From Candidatus Kapaibacterium sp. (GTDB lineage: Bacteria; Bacteroidota; Ignavibacteria; Kapaibacteriales; Kapaibacteriaceae), in contig JAURGP010000001.1 in the NCBI GenBank assembly GCA_030833725.1, positions 44,080 through 108,079 on the forward strand: 64,000 nucleotides of DNA, read 5' to 3'. This document shows positions 48,253 to 58,064 of this stretch, in pieces; the first letter of the stretch is position 1, and each line of letters begins with the position of its first letter. A program made the translations under genes and the position numbers. The notes under the pieces were generated by a model. That model made no database searches and was not told the origin of the DNA. It saw nothing but the letters and a program-made list of their open reading frames with translations.

Positions 48253-49815
48253 TTATACCAGTTGAAACTCAGCCATGCGGAAGAGGTAGGTGAATAGGCG
48301 GTCGAGATTCGCCTTTACCCGTGCGCGATTTGCAGTGGACGGGTCGGCTACGTAGTCGTCCCACACCTGCGTCCACTCATAGTACCGCCCACCGTCCATC
48401 AGTACTTCCTCGGCCAGTCGCATTGTGACGGCTTCCGAAAACGGCACGGCAAAGAAGTGCGCGTTGAGGTCCGCAATCATCTGCAACGAGTCCGATGGCT
48501 GCGGCAGCGTTTCAACGAACGCTACGCTGTCCAGGATAGCCTGCCCACGATCGTTCACGCGATTCGGACGCAGAATGGCATCGGTCAGGCCATTGCGAAG
48601 GGGTAGTGTGGCCGTGGTGATCCAGTAATGGTCATAGCCCGGCTCTTGGTAGTACGCCTCCCATCCCGCTACCGTAGGTGCTTCCAGCAGGGTCATCTGC
48701 AGAGACGACATCTGCGCATACAAGCCAAGGTAGAATCTCTGGCGGAGTTGGCGATCGGAAGGGGCTGTCCATGTGGTGGTCGACCGCATCAGGCCAATGA
48801 CAAAGTCGGCTGGACTACCCAGCTGAGCACCGATGATGTTGTCGCTGAAGAACCACTGGCTGGACAGTAGTCGCTCTAGAGTTGGGCCCACAACGTAGTT
48901 ATCGCTTCGAAGCTGCGCGGCAAGGGGCTCAATCACCTCGGTGCGAACGGTGTCATCGATGATGCTGTCAACAAACCAGCGATACAACCTCTCTACGATG
49001 TGTTCTGCCGTACGAGCTTGCTCGAAGATCATGGTAAGCAGTTCATCCAGCTCACGCACTCCGGCACCGGCATCTCTGCTCCCCTTGATCACGCGGTTGT
49101 TGTAGCGAGCCGAGAATTGCTTGTCGGTACTATCATGTTGAGCAGCCACAAACGTCACCGTGCCCGACCGACGATTCTCGCGCCAGCCCGTCAGGACGCG
49201 TGCTGCTGCCCGAACATCGTCCTCGGTGTAGGTGGTGTAGTCGCCATTACCAGCCACAGGCCCCTTACCAATCGTAAAGAGCTCCTGAAGCTCGCGGGCA
49301 TAGTTTTCGTTTGGCGTACCTACCGTATTCGTGTTGCCGTTCAAGTACCGCAGCATTGCTGGCTCGATGGTCACAATACGCGTAAGGTCCTTGAAGTTTC
49401 CTAGGGCGTATGTACGCAGCTGATTCAACAGGGAAAACGTATGCAGAGCACTGCTCACGATCTCGGCTTCAGTAGAAAAGTGGTTAGACCAGAACAACGT
49501 GAGCTTCTCACGAATCGACGGCTGGTCCTCCACCATCAGTCGCGTCCACCAGCCACGCGTCACCGCGTTGTAGTAGACCACCGGTTTCTGCACGTTGTAG
49601 CCACTGCCGCCATCTACCCACTGCAGTCCGGTCTCCGGATCCTCGGGGGGCGTTGGTAGGGGGCGATCAGCAAACAGCTGTGCGATCGTGGCTTCCAATC
49701 CACGATCAACCACTGTTGCCAGCTGTTCTGGCGTAGCGCCAAAGCAGGCTCTTCGCATCAGATGCGCAGCCTGGCGAGCGGTCCACGGTCCGGTGTATCG
49801 ATCGATCTGTGCCAT
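48253..49815 (-). CDS. DUF1800 family protein
   Basis: …AHLMRRACFGATPEQL… signature; DUF1800 is the usual partner of DUF1501 proteins. Confidence 0.75.
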   Translation of the reverse strand: MAQIDRYTGPWTARQAAHLMRRACFGATPEQLATVVDRGLEATIAQLFADRPLPTPPEDPETGLQWVDGGSGYNVQKPVVYYNAVTRGWWTRLMVEDQPSIREKLTLFWSNHFSTEAEIVSSALHTFSLLNQLRTYALGNFKDLTRIVTIEPAMLRYLNGNTNTVGTPNENYARELQELFTIGKGPVAGNGDYTTYTEDDVRAAARVLTGWRENRRSGTVTFVAAQHDSTDKQFSARYNNRVIKGSRDAGAGVRELDELLTMIFEQARTAEHIVERLYRWFVDSIIDDTVRTEVIEPLAAQLRSDNYVVGPTLERLLSSQWFFSDNIIGAQLGSPADFVIGLMRSTTTWTAPSDRQLRQRFYLGLYAQMSSLQMTLLEAPTVAGWEAYYQEPGYDHYWITTATLPLRNGLTDAILRPNRVNDRGQAILDSVAFVETLPQPSDSLQMIADLNAHFFAVPFSEAVTMRLAEEVLMDGGRYYEWTQVWDDYVADPSTANRARVKANLDRLFTYLFRMAEFQLV

Positions 49816-49860
49816 TAGCGTGGTCTTTCCGAGAATAGTTCCGGGAAAATACCGTAAACG

Positions 49861-52083
49861 ATGTTATCTCGGATCGGTTTAACGAACCAGGATGTTTCGG
49901 AATCGTTAGGGTTTCGTCACATTGCTGCTACCGTAGATTGCCACATGCACCGTGTGATCCTGCGCAACATTGCTACTCCGTTCAACCTGCTCAATGCCGT
50001 GATCCTGAGCGGGTTGTTTGCCGTATACCTTGCCTATCGTGACGAGCGCCTGCTGTTAGATGCCTTGGGTGTGACAACGGTCGTGGTGGTAAACACCGTG
50101 GTGGCGGTCATCCAGGAGTGGAGAGCTCGTAGAGCCTTGGAGCAGGTGATCGTTGCGCAGCATCCGGAGCCACCGCCACCTGTTGGCACAATTGTCACGC
50201 TGAGCCGAGGCAGTATGGTTGCCGCCGACGGTGTGGTGGTTGAGAACCATGGCTGTGAACTCGACACAGCGATGGTTACCGGAGAGTCCTTTCCAGTAGC
50301 TGTCGAAGTAGGGATGGAGATCGCCTCCGGTAGCTTCTGCCTAGCGGGGCGTGCCTCGTACCGTGTGACGCGAAGTGGTGGAGATCATACGACGGCACGG
50401 ATCGAGCAGATGGCACGCACGCTGCGGTCAGCCCCCTCCCCCCTGCAGAGATCGATCGATCGGGTGTTTCAGATCTCGTTTGTGGCCGCCGTGACCTTAG
50501 CTCTTGTGGACGTGATGCTTCACCTTCACAGCCTCGGAGACATCGACGTTGTTCGGCGTATCGCTACGCTCTTACTGGGGATGATCCCGGAGGGACTTGT
50601 ATTCTTCACCACCGTTGCTCTTACGATGGGTGTGTATCGCATTGCCCAGCGCGGCGTGTTTGTGCAGCGATTGAATGCCGTAGAGAGTTTTGCAACGGTG
50701 GACACCGTCTGCATGGACAAAACAGGCACGCTTACGGAGAATCAGCTGTCCGTGCATCGGATCGTCCCACTCACGGACGTTGATGCCACGGCAACGCTGC
50801 AATCGTATGTGCGGAGTTCGGGTGAACACGATCAGGTGACACAGGCGCTGCTGCATGTACCACACAACCCTTCCATCGAGGTGACGTGGGTTGATGCCGT
50901 TCCCTTTTCCTCCAGTCGCAAGTGGAGTGCCCAACAACAGGCCGACGGCGCATGGTGGATGCTGGGCGCGCCGGAGGTCCTGCTTGGTTCGCTGCGTGCC
51001 TCCGAACTTGTTGCCGAACATCGTCTTGACCTGTATCGCCTTCTGGTGTTCGGTACTGCGTTAGAACCACAGGGTCAGCCTGTATCGTTTCATCCGCTAC
51101 TCCTGATTGCCCTCGTGGACCGCGTCCGTCCCGATGCTACGGAGTTGCTGGCAGTGTTCGAACGCAGTAACATCAACGTCCAGATCATCACTGGTGATCG
51201 AGCAGGTGCGGTGCAGGCCGTTCTACCTACTTCGACGGCCATTACGGCAGTCCACTCACGGGTAAGCCCCGAGCAAAAACAGAACATCGTAGAACAGCTT
51301 CAAGCATCAGGACGGCATGTTGCCATGATTGGCGATGGTGTCAACGACATTCCAGCCATCCGACACGCCGACGTGGGAATCGCCGTCGGATCGGCAGCAC
51401 CAGCTACCAAGGAGGTTGCGGACATCGTGCTGGAGGCTCGATCGTTTGACGTCCTGCCCGAGGTGATCCAGGAGGGGCGCTCAACGATTCTTACCGTGTT
51501 GCGTGTAGGACAACTCTACATCGGGAAGAATCTTGCGCTTCTAGCCGTTACGATGCTGTGTACTCTGAGCGGCCTTCCCTTTCCGCTCACTCCCCGCCGT
51601 GGCGCCCTCCTGAGCGTGATCGGTGTTGCTATTCCAGCAGTGGTTCTGGCGATCCGCTCCAGCGCTGCTGAACCCGTTACACGGTTCATGCAACAGCTGC
51701 TTGGATTCTCAGCTCGAACGGCAGGTGCTGCTGTTCTTACCACTATCGGAGCCTGGTGGTGGATGACGCACGTGATTGGCACAGCGCCGGCCGCTCCATC
51801 GGTGATGTTTGCCGCCATCATTGGAGTACACCTTGGTGCGATGCTTCGACAGCGTCATCGTGTAGAGATCACGCTGGTGCTGGTCGGCCTGATAGCCGCC
51901 AGCATTCTTGGTTTGTCGGCCCTGCACACCGTTCCGCTTCCATTCTCGATCATCACAACGTTCTACGAGATCACTCCTACAGCTCCAACAGTCCTGCTGT
52001 GGATGAGCGTGTGGATGGTGGTTGGTATGATCGTGATGCGCGGTGTGGGTAGCACCGTGGTCGGAACTAAGTTTGCTCCATGA
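49861..52083 (+). CDS. Cation-translocating P-type ATPase (short N-terminus; type II/III-like)
   Basis: A-domain TGES (VTGESFPV), phosphorylation motif CMDKTGTLTEN, hinge MIGDGVNDIPAI; 10 predicted TM segments. Confidence 0.8.
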   Translation: MLSRIGLTNQDVSESLGFRHIAATVDCHMHRVILRNIATPFNLLNAVILSGLFAVYLAYRDERLLLDALGVTTVVVVNTVVAVIQEWRARRALEQVIVAQHPEPPPPVGTIVTLSRGSMVAADGVVVENHGCELDTAMVTGESFPVAVEVGMEIASGSFCLAGRASYRVTRSGGDHTTARIEQMARTLRSAPSPLQRSIDRVFQISFVAAVTLALVDVMLHLHSLGDIDVVRRIATLLLGMIPEGLVFFTTVALTMGVYRIAQRGVFVQRLNAVESFATVDTVCMDKTGTLTENQLSVHRIVPLTDVDATATLQSYVRSSGEHDQVTQALLHVPHNPSIEVTWVDAVPFSSSRKWSAQQQADGAWWMLGAPEVLLGSLRASELVAEHRLDLYRLLVFGTALEPQGQPVSFHPLLLIALVDRVRPDATELLAVFERSNINVQIITGDRAGAVQAVLPTSTAITAVHSRVSPEQKQNIVEQLQASGRHVAMIGDGVNDIPAIRHADVGIAVGSAAPATKEVADIVLEARSFDVLPEVIQEGRSTILTVLRVGQLYIGKNLALLAVTMLCTLSGLPFPLTPRRGALLSVIGVAIPAVVLAIRSSAAEPVTRFMQQLLGFSARTAGAAVLTTIGAWWWMTHVIGTAPAAPSVMFAAIIGVHLGAMLRQRHRVEITLVLVGLIAASILGLSALHTVPLPFSIITTFYEITPTAPTVLLWMSVWMVVGMIVMRGVGSTVVGTKFAP

Positions 52084-53726
52084 AGCATCGTGCATCCTCG
52101 GTCGCACTTGTTGGCCTACTTTCCCTCGTGCTGTTTGTACCGTTTCTTGGTTCGGTACGCCTGTTTGATTGGGATGAAATCAATTTTGCAGAGGCCGCTC
52201 GGGAAATGATCGTTACCGGCGATTACCTGCACGTCCACATCGACTACGCTCCTTTCTACGAAAAGCCACCCCTGTTCATCTGGGCACAGGTGCTGAGTAT
52301 GCAGATGTTCGGAGTGAATGAGTTTGCCGCACGGTTTCCTAATGCCGTGATTGGTGCCATCACCATGATGGTGATCTTCTCCATCGGCCGCCGCTTCTAC
52401 GACGAGCGATTCGGATGGCTATGGGTGATTGCTTATGCCGGGTCACTACTGCCCCACTTCTACTTCCGATCAGGAATCATCGATCCGATGTTCAACCTGT
52501 TCATCTTCCTTGGCGTGTACTGGATGCTGCGGGCGGTTGATGGTGATTCCGTGAAGTACGGCGCCTATGCCGGACTGTGTGCCGGGGCGGCCGTGATGAC
52601 GAAGGGACCTGTCGGTTTGGGCTTGATTGGCCTTACGATCGCGATTGGCTGGCTGATCCTGCGCAGAAACTATTCCCTACCATGGCGATCGACTCTTGCG
52701 TTCATGACGGTGTCGGTTGCGACCTCGTCCATCTGGTTCCTGATCGACTACCTTCAGCATGGCCCAACGTTTGTGATGGAGAACCTTGCCTACCAGGTGC
52801 GTCTGCTCACCACTGGCGATGCCGGTCATGAGCAACCGTTCTGGTACCATCCTGTGGTGGTCCTGATTGGTTGCTTTCCAGCATCGATGCTACTGTTTGG
52901 TGGGCTACGCTCTTCGGCGAGCGAGTCTCTACAGCAGCGTACGATGCGGATCTGGATGATCGTGCTGATGTGCGTTGTCTTGGTGGTGTTCTCGATCGTG
53001 AAAACGAAGATCATCCATTACTCCTCGATGACCTATCTGCCGCTAACCTTCCTTGCAGCCATCTTTCTGCATCGCTGGATGGCAGGTGCGGTTCGATGGA
53101 GGTGGTGGCACACGGTAACCACAATTGGTATGGCCGCGGTGTGGTCGGTGTTAGCGTTTGTTGCCCTCTGGGCCTTTGCCAATAGTGCCTGGCTGATGTC
53201 GCTACCCACGTTTCGTGATCCGTTTCTTCGCGAGGCACTGCAACGCAAGGTTACATGGTTAGGGATCGAACCCTACCTCGGCTTGCTGATTGTTACAGGT
53301 GCACTTCTAGCATGGTACGTTCGGCGCAGCGGTAGGCACGTGGCCAGCGTAGTGGTGCTGTTCGGTAGTGTGCTGGTGTTCGTCGAAACACTGCTACCCA
53401 TCATCGCCCCTAGGATTGAGCCCTACACGCAAGGCGCTGCTCTGGATTTCTATGAAGAGCTCCAGGGGAAGAACACGTATGTTCAGCCCCTTTCCATGAA
53501 GAGCTATGCCCATCTGTTCTACACCCGAAGGACGCCGGAGTTGAGCGCGTCGGCTCGCGGACTGACGCAAGATGCGTGGCAGCCATGGCTTCTCGAAGGG
53601 AAGCTGGATCGGCCTGCCTACTTTGTGTGTCGGATTCAGGATGCCGGCCAGTGGCGGAACCATCCCAATCTTCGAGAGATTCGGGCTGAAGGGGGCTTTG
53701 TGATGTTCGAGCGGATACAGCCTTAG
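52080..53726 (+). CDS. Glycosyltransferase family 39/83 (ArnT/PMT-like, lipid or protein O-mannosyl/aminoarabinosyl transferase fold)
   Basis: …RLFDWDEINFAEAAREM…YEKPPLFIW… N-terminal DE/loop motif of the ArnT/PMT family; polytopic, 548 aa. Its start overlaps the ATPase stop (ATGA). Confidence 0.7.
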   Translation: MKHRASSVALVGLLSLVLFVPFLGSVRLFDWDEINFAEAAREMIVTGDYLHVHIDYAPFYEKPPLFIWAQVLSMQMFGVNEFAARFPNAVIGAITMMVIFSIGRRFYDERFGWLWVIAYAGSLLPHFYFRSGIIDPMFNLFIFLGVYWMLRAVDGDSVKYGAYAGLCAGAAVMTKGPVGLGLIGLTIAIGWLILRRNYSLPWRSTLAFMTVSVATSSIWFLIDYLQHGPTFVMENLAYQVRLLTTGDAGHEQPFWYHPVVVLIGCFPASMLLFGGLRSSASESLQQRTMRIWMIVLMCVVLVVFSIVKTKIIHYSSMTYLPLTFLAAIFLHRWMAGAVRWRWWHTVTTIGMAAVWSVLAFVALWAFANSAWLMSLPTFRDPFLREALQRKVTWLGIEPYLGLLIVTGALLAWYVRRSGRHVASVVVLFGSVLVFVETLLPIIAPRIEPYTQGAALDFYEELQGKNTYVQPLSMKSYAHLFYTRRTPELSASARGLTQDAWQPWLLEGKLDRPAYFVCRIQDAGQWRNHPNLREIRAEGGFVMFERIQP

Positions 53727-54448
53727 TCGGCGGTGTCGGCAGCGTTGGCAGCGTCGGCAGAACCATAACCACGAAGCTCAAACTTCTCATATCCGCTCAC
53801 GTTGGTCGTGAAGCGCACGGAAGCCTCGAACGGCCCGACGTTCTTTGGTGTGATCGCTACGCGTAGGGTGGCTGTTGTATGCGGCTCCACAACAAGGGGC
53901 ATGGGAGTGAGAATCTGGACGTTCGACTGTGAGGGCGTCGCCCGAATCTCGATCTTCTTTGTTCCACTGGCGGTAAACTGAACGGCTCCCTCGATTGGCG
54001 ATCCCACCGTGCCGCGGTTGAAGGGAATGAAACTCGACGACAACTGCAGTGGTCGTTGAACATCCACGAGTAGGTCTACAACACGTACGGGACTGACGGC
54101 AGCGTTCGTACGCACTGTGAGCGTCTTGTGCATGATGCCATTGCCGATGGGCAGGTTCATGGACACATCAATCGTGGTTTCACCACCTGGCTCGAGACTA
54201 TCGGTTGCCACGGGCGCCGTTGTGCAGCCGCAACTGGGCCGCACTTCCAGAATGCGCAGAAGCTCCGTCCCTGTGTTCCGGAGGGTAATCTGAGCTGCAA
54301 CCTTTGCCGTTTCGCCGGGCGGTACATCCGGTACCACCACACCCCAGTTGACGGTATCCTGCATCTCGAGTGCCGGCTGAGCAACCAGAGCAGATGTGCA
54401 GGTACTGATGCACAGAAAGAGTACCCATTGACGACATGTTCGAAGCAT
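53723..54448 (-). CDS. DUF1573 domain-containing secreted protein (two Ig-like repeats)
   Basis: Signal peptide; …EVRPSCGCTTAPV… DUF1573 core motif. Confidence 0.6.
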   Translation of the reverse strand: MLRTCRQWVLFLCISTCTSALVAQPALEMQDTVNWGVVVPDVPPGETAKVAAQITLRNTGTELLRILEVRPSCGCTTAPVATDSLEPGGETTIDVSMNLPIGNGIMHKTLTVRTNAAVSPVRVVDLLVDVQRPLQLSSSFIPFNRGTVGSPIEGAVQFTASGTKKIEIRATPSQSNVQILTPMPLVVEPHTTATLRVAITPKNVGPFEASVRFTTNVSGYEKFELRGYGSADAANAADTAD

Positions 54449-54502
54449 AGGTGTTGTCCGGTGTAATGCAGTTCGACAGACAAATTCGGTAACTTTTCAC
54501 AG

Positions 54503-55378
54503 ATGAGCCATCCTATCACAGGGCAGACCTGTCCCATTTGCAACGCCTCCGACCTTTCATCCACCACCATTGGTGGAACGCCGATGTGGCGCTGCATGGC
54601 TTGTACAGCGCTCATCACCCCAGTTGAAGCTCGGGCAACAGCAAACAGCGACTATTACCAGACGGAGTACACGCTCACGCATACGTCTCGAACCAACACG
54701 GAGATGCACCGGTACTTTCGATATCCGGAGTATGCTACCCTGATAGGACGGGTACTCAATGAATTGGAGCAGTCTCCGGAGATTCCTCGCACGTGGTTGG
54801 ACGTAGGTTGCGATCACGGATTCTTCCTGGATGACGTGCGTCGTTACGGATTTTCGGTTGTTGGTGTCGAGCCTTCAACATCGGCGCGCGCCTACGCTCA
54901 GAGTATCGGCATTGCTGTGGAGGAGGGTGTGAGCGATGTCACAGGCAAGTACGCTGTGATCTCTCTGTGGCACGTGCTTGAGCACATCGATCAGCCACGA
55001 CAGATGCTGCATCAGCTCTACGAACAGTGCGAGCCTGGTGGTGTTCTGTGCATCCGTGTTCCGGATGCCTCGAGTTTCTGGGCCCGTATGTTGCGAGATC
55101 GGTGGATCTGGTTTCAGGCTCGAAATCACGTTGTTCACTATTCGCCGCGCACGCTTCGAACGGTAGTAGAGGATGCAGGGTTTCAGGTAGCAGAACTCCG
55201 TGCTCAAAAGCCAAACACCTGGCTAACGAGACGTGCCTATCGATTGAGCTGGAAGGTATTCTCACACACGCACGGACGTGCACGTCCGTCGCTTCGGGAT
55301 CGAGTTGCCCGCTGGTATCAGGATGTGACGGGCTGTGAGCTGTTTGTTGTTGCACGTAAACCTCAAAACCAACGATGA
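54503..55378 (+). CDS. Class I SAM-dependent methyltransferase with N-terminal zinc-ribbon
   Basis: CPICN…CMAC zinc ribbon, then SAM-binding motif I (LDVGCDHGFF) and …VISLWHVLEHI… (Methyltransf_23-like). Confidence 0.7.
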   Translation: MSHPITGQTCPICNASDLSSTTIGGTPMWRCMACTALITPVEARATANSDYYQTEYTLTHTSRTNTEMHRYFRYPEYATLIGRVLNELEQSPEIPRTWLDVGCDHGFFLDDVRRYGFSVVGVEPSTSARAYAQSIGIAVEEGVSDVTGKYAVISLWHVLEHIDQPRQMLHQLYEQCEPGGVLCIRVPDASSFWARMLRDRWIWFQARNHVVHYSPRTLRTVVEDAGFQVAELRAQKPNTWLTRRAYRLSWKVFSHTHGRARPSLRDRVARWYQDVTGCELFVVARKPQNQR

Positions 55379-56244
55379 TGATGACCTTGATTGTTCCGCT
55401 TCTGTTTCTTCTGACGCTGCCACTGGGTGGAAATGGCGGCGAGTCGGGCTCTACGGAGTTGCGTCGCGCGGCAGATCTTGCTAGGCGTCACGGCGTCAGC
55501 GCAGAGTTTCTCAACCAGATGATCAGTGCGCCAGATGCGGGATTCATCGAGAAGGCGGTTCGCATCAATGTGACGAACTACGCCTTTACGCCGGACTACT
55601 CCGGTCATTACAACAGTGAGAGCGTTAGTAAGGTGCAGGCCTTTCTTCAAGAGCACGATTCACTCTTTACTGCCATCGAACGCAAGCGGATGGTTCCCAA
55701 GGAAGTGATTGCATCGATCCTGTGGATCGAATCGCGATGCGGCTCCATTACCGGAACCTATCACGTTCCCAGTGTATATCTCAGTCTGATCCTGGCGAAC
55801 GACCCTGTGTACATCAAGGCCAGTATGGATCGAGTTGCCAGCAACAAGGATTTTGATCCATCGCAGCACGACTCACTCCGTGCCGTGATCGAAAAGCGTG
55901 CTGCGCGAAAGGCAGCATGGGCCATCAAGGAATTGAAGTCGCTCCAGACGATTCACGAGCGTGGGCTGATGAATGTATCGGAGCTGAAGGGTTCGTGGGC
56001 AGGTGCATTTGGCTTCCCACAGTTTATCCCATCGAGTTACACGGCATGGGCCGTGGATGGTGATGCCGACCGCACAATTGATTTGTACTCGCTGGTAGAT
56101 GCAGGCCACTCCATTGCCAACTACCTCCGGAAAAACGGATGGACGGCGTCGCGCTCAAAGCAGCGCAAGGCCGTCCATCACTACAACAATTCCGACGCCT
56201 ACGTCAATGCTGTGTTTACGCTGGCCGAGAAGGTGCGATCGTAA
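55375..56244 (+). CDS. Lytic murein transglycosylase (MltB-like)
   Basis: …SILWIESRCGS…GAFGFPQFIPSSY…DGDADRT… match lytic transglycosylase B family motifs; signal peptide. Confidence 0.7.
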   Translation: MMMTLIVPLLFLLTLPLGGNGGESGSTELRRAADLARRHGVSAEFLNQMISAPDAGFIEKAVRINVTNYAFTPDYSGHYNSESVSKVQAFLQEHDSLFTAIERKRMVPKEVIASILWIESRCGSITGTYHVPSVYLSLILANDPVYIKASMDRVASNKDFDPSQHDSLRAVIEKRAARKAAWAIKELKSLQTIHERGLMNVSELKGSWAGAFGFPQFIPSSYTAWAVDGDADRTIDLYSLVDAGHSIANYLRKNGWTASRSKQRKAVHHYNNSDAYVNAVFTLAEKVRS

Positions 56245-58027
56245 CCGTCTCTGCCAACTGCTCTGCTTCGGCAATAAAGCTCTCGATCACTTTCAGGCCG
56301 GTGCTCCAGAAGGCTGGATCCTCGATGTTGATGCCAAAGGGCGCCAAGAGTTCAGCTGGCGTCTTTGAGCCCCCTGCCGACAGCATGTCCATGTACTTGT
56401 CCGGGAAGCTCACAGGATCCTGCTTGTAGATTTCATACAGGGCCAGAACCAAAAGTTCTCCAAAGGCGTAGGCGTACACATATCCCGGCACGTGCATGAA
56501 GTGGGAGATGTACGACCACCACACGCGGTAGCCTTCTTGAATGTTCACGGCATCACCGAACTGCGCCTTCTGGGTTTCCAGCCAGATCTCGTTGAGGCGA
56601 TCAACGCTGAGTTCACCCTCCGTCCGGCGAGCATTGTGGATGGCGTCCTCAAAGCGGTTGAAGGCAATCTGCCGGAATACCGTTGAAAGCATATCATCGA
56701 TCTTACCCATCAGCAGCGACAGGCGCTCTTCTGGATTCGATACGCGCTCCATCAGCTTGGTAAAGGTGAGGATCTCTCCGAACACGGAAGCCGTCTCGGC
56801 AACCGTGAGCGGGGTGTGCATCTCCAGTGGACCGTTCCGTCGGGAGAGATACTGGTGAACACCATGGCCTAGTTCGTGAGCCAGGGTCTGCACGTCACGG
56901 TTCGTACCGGTGTAGTTCAGGAAGATGTAGGGGTGGACGGATGGAACTGTACCAGCACTGTAGGCACCGCCATTCTTGCCCTTCATCACCGGAGCATGAA
57001 TCCAGTTCTTGTCGAAGAACTGCTGCACAATGTTACCCGCTTCAGGATGGAACTCACGGTACGCGCTCAGCACCAGCTCACGCGCGTCGTCCCACGTCCA
57101 GAAGCTCTCCGTGGCTTCAACCGGCGCGTTACGGTCGTAGTCTTCAAACGTATCATAGCCAAGCACCCGCTGCTTCAACCGATAGAAACGGCGTACCAAC
57201 TCATACTGGCTCACCACGCTGTCGATCAATGCCTGCACCGTTGCTTCCGAGGCTTCGTTGTCCAGGTTCCTCGTTTGGATCCACGAGGTGTGTCCGCGCA
57301 GAGAGTCGTTGGTTGAATGATCGGCCAACACCGTGTTGAAGACAAAGGCCGAGGTTCGCACACCGGCTTGCAGACCCACCGAGATTGCTTGAGAAGCTGC
57401 CTTGCGCACCTCACGATCGGTGCTCTGCATCTTCTTCATGATCTGTGGCTGGGTGAGGTCCTCTCCGTTCAGGTGAAAGACCTGAGAGCTAAGGTGTTCG
57501 TCGTAGAGCCGTACCCATGCCATGCGGGCGGTCAGGTTCTTCTGAGCCAGCACCTGTTCGACTTCCTCGGAGAGCTTGTACGGCTTCATCTGCACCACCG
57601 TTTGCAGCCAGTGTGCACGATCGGCCATGCCTGGCCACTGCATCAGCTCCTGCAGACGACCGTCGGTCAGGTCCATAATCTCCAGCGAGACAAACACCAA
57701 CTGCTGCGACGCCTTTGCACCGGTTTCCCGCACGGTTTGCAGGTTCTTTCCGTAGTCGGCACGAACGGTGTCGGTGGACCACATAAGCTGTGTGTACGAT
57801 CCCATGCGGTACAGCCGCTCGACGATACCTTCGTATTCGTTGAGCATGGCACGGAAGTCCTCGTTCGATACCGAGGCGATACGCCCCTTCCATCGATCAC
57901 GAAACGCTGTACACGTGTCTACGATTGTTGTGAGATCGTGTTGAAATGCTGGCGAGTCCACGCCAGGATACAGATCGTCCAGATTCCAGAAGACTTGTTC
58001 GGCGCCGGTTGTTTTTGTTGCTGTCAT
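56216..58027 (-). CDS. pepF: M3 family oligoendopeptidase F
   Basis: HELGHGVH zinc-binding HEXXH and overall M3B architecture; 603 aa. Confidence 0.85.
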   Translation of the reverse strand: MTATKTTGAEQVFWNLDDLYPGVDSPAFQHDLTTIVDTCTAFRDRWKGRIASVSNEDFRAMLNEYEGIVERLYRMGSYTQLMWSTDTVRADYGKNLQTVRETGAKASQQLVFVSLEIMDLTDGRLQELMQWPGMADRAHWLQTVVQMKPYKLSEEVEQVLAQKNLTARMAWVRLYDEHLSSQVFHLNGEDLTQPQIMKKMQSTDREVRKAASQAISVGLQAGVRTSAFVFNTVLADHSTNDSLRGHTSWIQTRNLDNEASEATVQALIDSVVSQYELVRRFYRLKQRVLGYDTFEDYDRNAPVEATESFWTWDDARELVLSAYREFHPEAGNIVQQFFDKNWIHAPVMKGKNGGAYSAGTVPSVHPYIFLNYTGTNRDVQTLAHELGHGVHQYLSRRNGPLEMHTPLTVAETASVFGEILTFTKLMERVSNPEERLSLLMGKIDDMLSTVFRQIAFNRFEDAIHNARRTEGELSVDRLNEIWLETQKAQFGDAVNIQEGYRVWWSYISHFMHVPGYVYAYAFGELLVLALYEIYKQDPVSFPDKYMDMLSAGGSKTPAELLAPFGINIEDPAFWSTGLKVIESFIAEAEQLAETVTIAPSRPA

Positions 58028-58064
58028 TACTGTGCGGTATTGTGCGGTAATGGTTGTAAGGGGC

